Positions 23,606 through 26,735 of a DNA stretch of 26,735 bases are shown here, piece by piece. Position 1 is the stretch's first letter; each line of letters begins with the position of its first letter. The translations under genes and the position numbers were made by a program. This DNA is from Rickettsiales bacterium (GTDB lineage Bacteria; Pseudomonadota; Alphaproteobacteria; Rickettsiales; UBA1997). Below the pieces are notes generated by a model that had not been told where the DNA came from, did no database searches, and worked only from the letters and a program-made list of their open reading frames with translations. Location: assembly GCA_047619265.1 (NCBI GenBank), contig JBLHNE010000001.1, forward strand, positions 1 through 26,735, written 5' to 3'.

Positions 23606-26062
23606 ATGAAACATCACATCATTCCGGTAATTATAAGCATTTCTTTATTTTTTATTTCCCATCACGCAAATGCGAAACAAACATATCTTGGTGATGATAT
23701 TTCCTATTTTGATGTTAAAGAATATAAGGGAAATGTTGATCTAATCCAATCCGCTCATGACGGAATCTTCGTGTCTGCATATCGCTTAATGAATGGCCTT
23801 GGTATGCCAGACAAGAATAAACTTAAATCACAAAAATATCACTCATACAATAATTTCGGCAGCGAATGGCAAAAAAAAGTAAAGAATATTTTAGACATTA
23901 ATAATTCCTCATGGAGAAGATGTATTTCGGAATTTACAATGAATCTTTTGGATGAAAGGATAAATAAATTGGGAATATCACATCAATATTTGAAAGATTG
24001 GATAAAAAATCAAGAACTGGTTTTTGACAATTGTCAATATAACTCTCCTTTGTCTTTACCAAATTCCTACAAAACAAAGAATAAAGATTCTGATATTTTA
24101 AAGAATTTCAAAAAATATGATCACCAATATCAAAAAGCATCAGCATATTTTTATGCCAGAAAATTTGATGAATCTATTGCAGAATATTCAAAAATAACCT
24201 TAGAAAATAATTCTCCTTACAGAAGCCTATCATATTACATGATTGCCAGATCTTTAATTCAAAAAGGAAATGAAGATGGTGCATATGATAAAATCCAACA
24301 GATTTTAAAGAATGATCAATTAACAGAAGTTCATCAATATTCTCGCGATTTATTAGCAGTTTTAGCCAACAAATCCGGCGATTCAAAATATCATCTTGCT
24401 CAATTGGAGCAGATATTAAATCCTTTATTAAAAGAAATGAAAACCGACGAAGATCGGAAGTTTCTGGAAGATGAATTTAAAACAATAAATTACAATTTAT
24501 GGTATTATTTAAGCTTCAATCAGGGCAATGTTGATTCTGAGATTTTTGCTAAATTCGATATGTTGGATTGGATTTTAACTTTCACAGTTCCGGGGATGTA
24601 TATTAAGGATACTAGTTGGGGTGATAAAATTTCAGATAATTGTGACGAAAATTGCGATGATGATTCCAAATCAATGCAAACCCTAGGTCATTCTATAGAT
24701 AAATGGCACCAAACCAAGAAATTGCATTGGTTAATTGTAGTGGCACTTAGAATACCTCAAAATCATCAATTTCAGGAAGAATATTTATCCACTTTTAAAG
24801 TTCTTAATGACAAAGTAAAAAATAATAAAGCTAGTGATGAAGAACTTTACGCCTACCCAACCATAATTCATCACGCCGTAAGATTGATGCTCAATGCAAA
24901 AAAATATGATGAAGCTGAAGCGATAATTAACTCATCTTTAAACTATCAAAAAGAATTTGCTCCAAGAATAGCTTTTCATTCTGCAAAATTCTTAATTGCA
25001 GCTGGAGAAAGTGAAAGAGCGCAGCGAATTATTAACGCAGCAATAAAGCAAGATGAATTTATAAATGCTGGCAGATTCTACAATCTAAAACAAATCTTAG
25101 CTAAAGATTTAGATGAATTAATATTAGTCAGCACAAAATCTTTAAAAGATCGCGGTAAATATTACAGCCCTTCAATCGATGATTCTCTGGCAAATATAAT
25201 AAATTTGCTGCCTTTAGATAAAATAGTGCAAATTAGTAACAATAAATTACTTCCCGCCGAAAAAAGATCAGACTTAAAACTAGTTGCATGGACAAGGTCC
25301 ATTTTATTAAAAAGATATGATGTTGCCGATAATCTGACTAGCGATCTTAAAAAAGAAATCCCCCAACTATTGCCTTATTTAGAAAGATACTCAAAAGCCA
25401 AGAACAAAATAGATAAGCAAAAAGCCGCAACTTATTTATTCCTCAAAAATCCTAGAGTCAGACCATATATTTATCCCATAAATTACTATGGCGATTATTT
25501 GCCTCAAGACTCCGCAAAATTAAGCAAGTTTGAAACCATAGATGTAAGAAATCACACTTATAATAACTGGTGGTGCGCAATTGATCCCGATGAGCTTTTA
25601 TCAAAAGCAAAAGAAGGAGTTTTCAATCAGGTTAAATCAAAAAGCATATTCGAATCAGGAAGCTTTTCTAGATCGGGATATTATCGAAACCCTCCAGCAA
25701 TCAATAATACTAAGTTTTTAAAAACAGTAAAAGACTTGGCCGATAAATATCCAATCTTTAAATTAGTAGATTACAAAGAGTTAGAAGAGTTGCAAAAAAC
25801 CGGTCATGCTACTCAATATTTGGTAAATCAATCTGTAATGTGGTACAAAAATAAAAGCTCATTTTCTAAAATGGATAAACTGTTGCCAGAAGCTCTACAT
25901 AGGGCGGTGAAAGTAACTAGATATGGGTGTAGTAAAGATCAGAACAAAGAAATATTTTCTAGAAAAGCATTCAAAACTTTGCATTATAACTACGATGCTG
26001 AAAATGAGTGGATAAAGAAAACCCCTTATTGGTTTGGATATGGGTTGCCTTCCAAATTATAA
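23606..26062 (+). CDS. Secreted helical-repeat (TPR-like) hypothetical protein
   Basis: 818 aa. Sec-type signal peptide (…LFFISHHANA|KQ), TPR-like helices (YQKASAYFYARKFDESIAEY), 6 Cys, and C-terminal motifs NNWWC, PEALHRAV..TRYGC and KTPYWF. Confidence 0.8.
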   Translation: MKHHIIPVIISISLFFISHHANAKQTYLGDDISYFDVKEYKGNVDLIQSAHDGIFVSAYRLMNGLGMPDKNKLKSQKYHSYNNFGSEWQKKVKNILDINNSSWRRCISEFTMNLLDERINKLGISHQYLKDWIKNQELVFDNCQYNSPLSLPNSYKTKNKDSDILKNFKKYDHQYQKASAYFYARKFDESIAEYSKITLENNSPYRSLSYYMIARSLIQKGNEDGAYDKIQQILKNDQLTEVHQYSRDLLAVLANKSGDSKYHLAQLEQILNPLLKEMKTDEDRKFLEDEFKTINYNLWYYLSFNQGNVDSEIFAKFDMLDWILTFTVPGMYIKDTSWGDKISDNCDENCDDDSKSMQTLGHSIDKWHQTKKLHWLIVVALRIPQNHQFQEEYLSTFKVLNDKVKNNKASDEELYAYPTIIHHAVRLMLNAKKYDEAEAIINSSLNYQKEFAPRIAFHSAKFLIAAGESERAQRIINAAIKQDEFINAGRFYNLKQILAKDLDELILVSTKSLKDRGKYYSPSIDDSLANIINLLPLDKIVQISNNKLLPAEKRSDLKLVAWTRSILLKRYDVADNLTSDLKKEIPQLLPYLERYSKAKNKIDKQKAATYLFLKNPRVRPYIYPINYYGDYLPQDSAKLSKFETIDVRNHTYNNWWCAIDPDELLSKAKEGVFNQVKSKSIFESGSFSRSGYYRNPPAINNTKFLKTVKDLADKYPIFKLVDYKELEELQKTGHATQYLVNQSVMWYKNKSSFSKMDKLLPEALHRAVKVTRYGCSKDQNKEIFSRKAFKTLHYNYDAENEWIKKTPYWFGYGLPSKL

Positions 26063-26221
26063 GAAATTTGGCATACGAAGTGGCAATAATCTTTTCTCGA
26101 ACACTAAATTAGGTAGATTTTAAGTATTTTCTATTCATCTTTTCGAATTCCACTGGAGATAAATAATTATTAGTTGTGATGAATCCGAATTCGAGAGTTT
26201 GTCCGATTGGGATTTAAAAAC

Positions 26222-26271
26222 ACTCTATAAAGTATCGGGGGTCCGTTTGGAGGATATGTTCACTAAACCCC
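26222..26271 (-). repeat. Candidate second Tn3-like terminal inverted repeat
   Basis: From the outer end it reads GGGGTTTAGTGAACATATCCTCCAAACGGACCCCCGATACTTTATAGAGT. It shares GGGT..ACATA..AACG.A.CCCGAYACTT..TATAGAGT with the 20276 end. Confidence 0.45.
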
Positions 26272-26281
26272 TGTTTAAAAG

Positions 26282-26542
26282 TTACTTATAAACCTCACTT
26301 CTATGCCCAAGCTCAATTATAATAATCGTTAATTCCTCATTTTCCTTAGAGCAAATTAAGCGATAATCGCCAATTCTAAATTTGTAATAACCAGTAAAAT
26401 CTCCCGTCAAAGGTTCAATAAATAAATCCGGATTAACCATTAACTTTTCAAGAATCGCTTTTTTGATTCGAGATTGAACAGATTTGTCCAAATTATTAAT
26501 TTGCTTCTGGGCTTTTTTGGTAAAAATTATTTTCCAGCTCAT
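26282..26542 (-). CDS. relE: Type II toxin, RelE/StbE family
   Basis: 86 aa. W.I.FTKKAQKQI..LD, L.GDFTGYYKFRIGDYRLI, GHRSEVYK. Confidence 0.9.
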   Translation of the reverse strand: MSWKIIFTKKAQKQINNLDKSVQSRIKKAILEKLMVNPDLFIEPLTGDFTGYYKFRIGDYRLICSKENEELTIIIIELGHRSEVYK

Positions 26543-26545
26543 GAT

Positions 26546-26734
26546 TTATTCAACATCCTTAAAAACTTCATCAAAAGATACAAATTCATTTTTAGCTTTT
26601 GCATCTGCCAAAGTTTTTTTAGCTTTCAAATAATCTTGCATATCTTGGAACTTTTCTTCCAAAAGTTCAGACAGACCTTTTTTGATATAATAGCTTTTTG
26701 GTCTTTCTTCAAATTCAGAAATCAATTGTAATTT
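26546..26734 (-). CDS. RelB/RHH-type antitoxin, 5'-partial (not in ORF track)
   Basis: Open from the right edge: KLQLISEFEERPKSYYIKKGLSELLEEKFQDMQDYLKAKKTLADAKAKNEFVSFDEVFKDVE*. The stop lies 3 nt before the relE ATG. It shows the R.KSYYI and SFDEV antitoxin-like motifs. Confidence 0.8.
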   Translation of the reverse strand, partial: KLQLISEFEERPKSYYIKKGLSELLEEKFQDMQDYLKAKKTLADAKAKNEFVSFDEVFKDVE

Positions 26735-26735
26735 T

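Larger units (their letters stand above)
20276..26271. mobile_element. Putative decayed Tn3-family-derived element (about 6 kb) with passenger genes
   Basis: Contains a truncated Tn3 tnpA. The two ends are similar to each other in inverted orientation. No resolvase gene and no 5-bp target duplication are seen (flanks TCAAA vs TGTTT). Confidence 0.45.

Noticed and set aside
26139-26160. TTCGAATTCC as a tRNA T-arm or att site
   Set aside because: No T-stem, acceptor stem or CCA can be formed, and no tRNA was found in the window.
26220-26264. Possible dif-like site split by a 17-nt insert (ACACTCTATAA-AGTATC-[GGGGGTCCGTTTGGAGG]-ATATGTTCACT)
   Set aside because: It needs an ad hoc insertion. 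The same bases are better explained by similarity to the 20276 Tn3-like end.
650-26731. Short ORF-track ORFs overlapping or antisense to real genes (e.g. 650-874, 3097-3315, 5595-5810, 6366-6704, 8346-8627, 17316-17540, 18384-18992, 22782-23042, 26474-26731)
   Set aside because: These are shadow frames of well-supported genes with no motifs.
1-26735. CRISPR array, rRNA or CtrA boxes
   Set aside because: No regularly spaced repeats or rRNA-like sequence were seen. TTAA motifs are too frequent in AT-rich DNA to call CtrA sites by eye.

Overview
AT-rich bacterial window. The gene set and protein style suggest an alphaproteobacterium, probably Rickettsiales-like (inference). Bases 1-19777 are mostly housekeeping: ppiD-like chaperone (5'-partial), trpE, a frameshifted HAD hydrolase, pdhC, prfB with its +1 programmed frameshift, holA, an AsmA/DUF3971 protein, a receiver/pseudo-histidine-kinase fusion, a short dnaX, SRP RNA ffs, a STAS/SEC14 protein, recN, HIT, a KefB/C-type antiporter and dcd. 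One likely accessory gene sits among them: a DUF1016-N/thermonuclease fusion. After dcd (about 19.8-26.7 kb) is an accessory block. It holds a hairpin-dense spacer, a 5'-truncated Tn3-family transposase, a tail-less SSB, a stand-alone EF-Tu domain-3 gene plus an alpha/beta hydrolase lying between two inverted dif/Xer-like sites, an 818-aa secreted helical-repeat protein, and a RelE/RHH toxin-antitoxin pair. Two degenerate, mutually similar Tn3-like ends (about 20276 and 26271) appear to bracket most of the block. All calls come from motif recognition by eye; no database searches were run.
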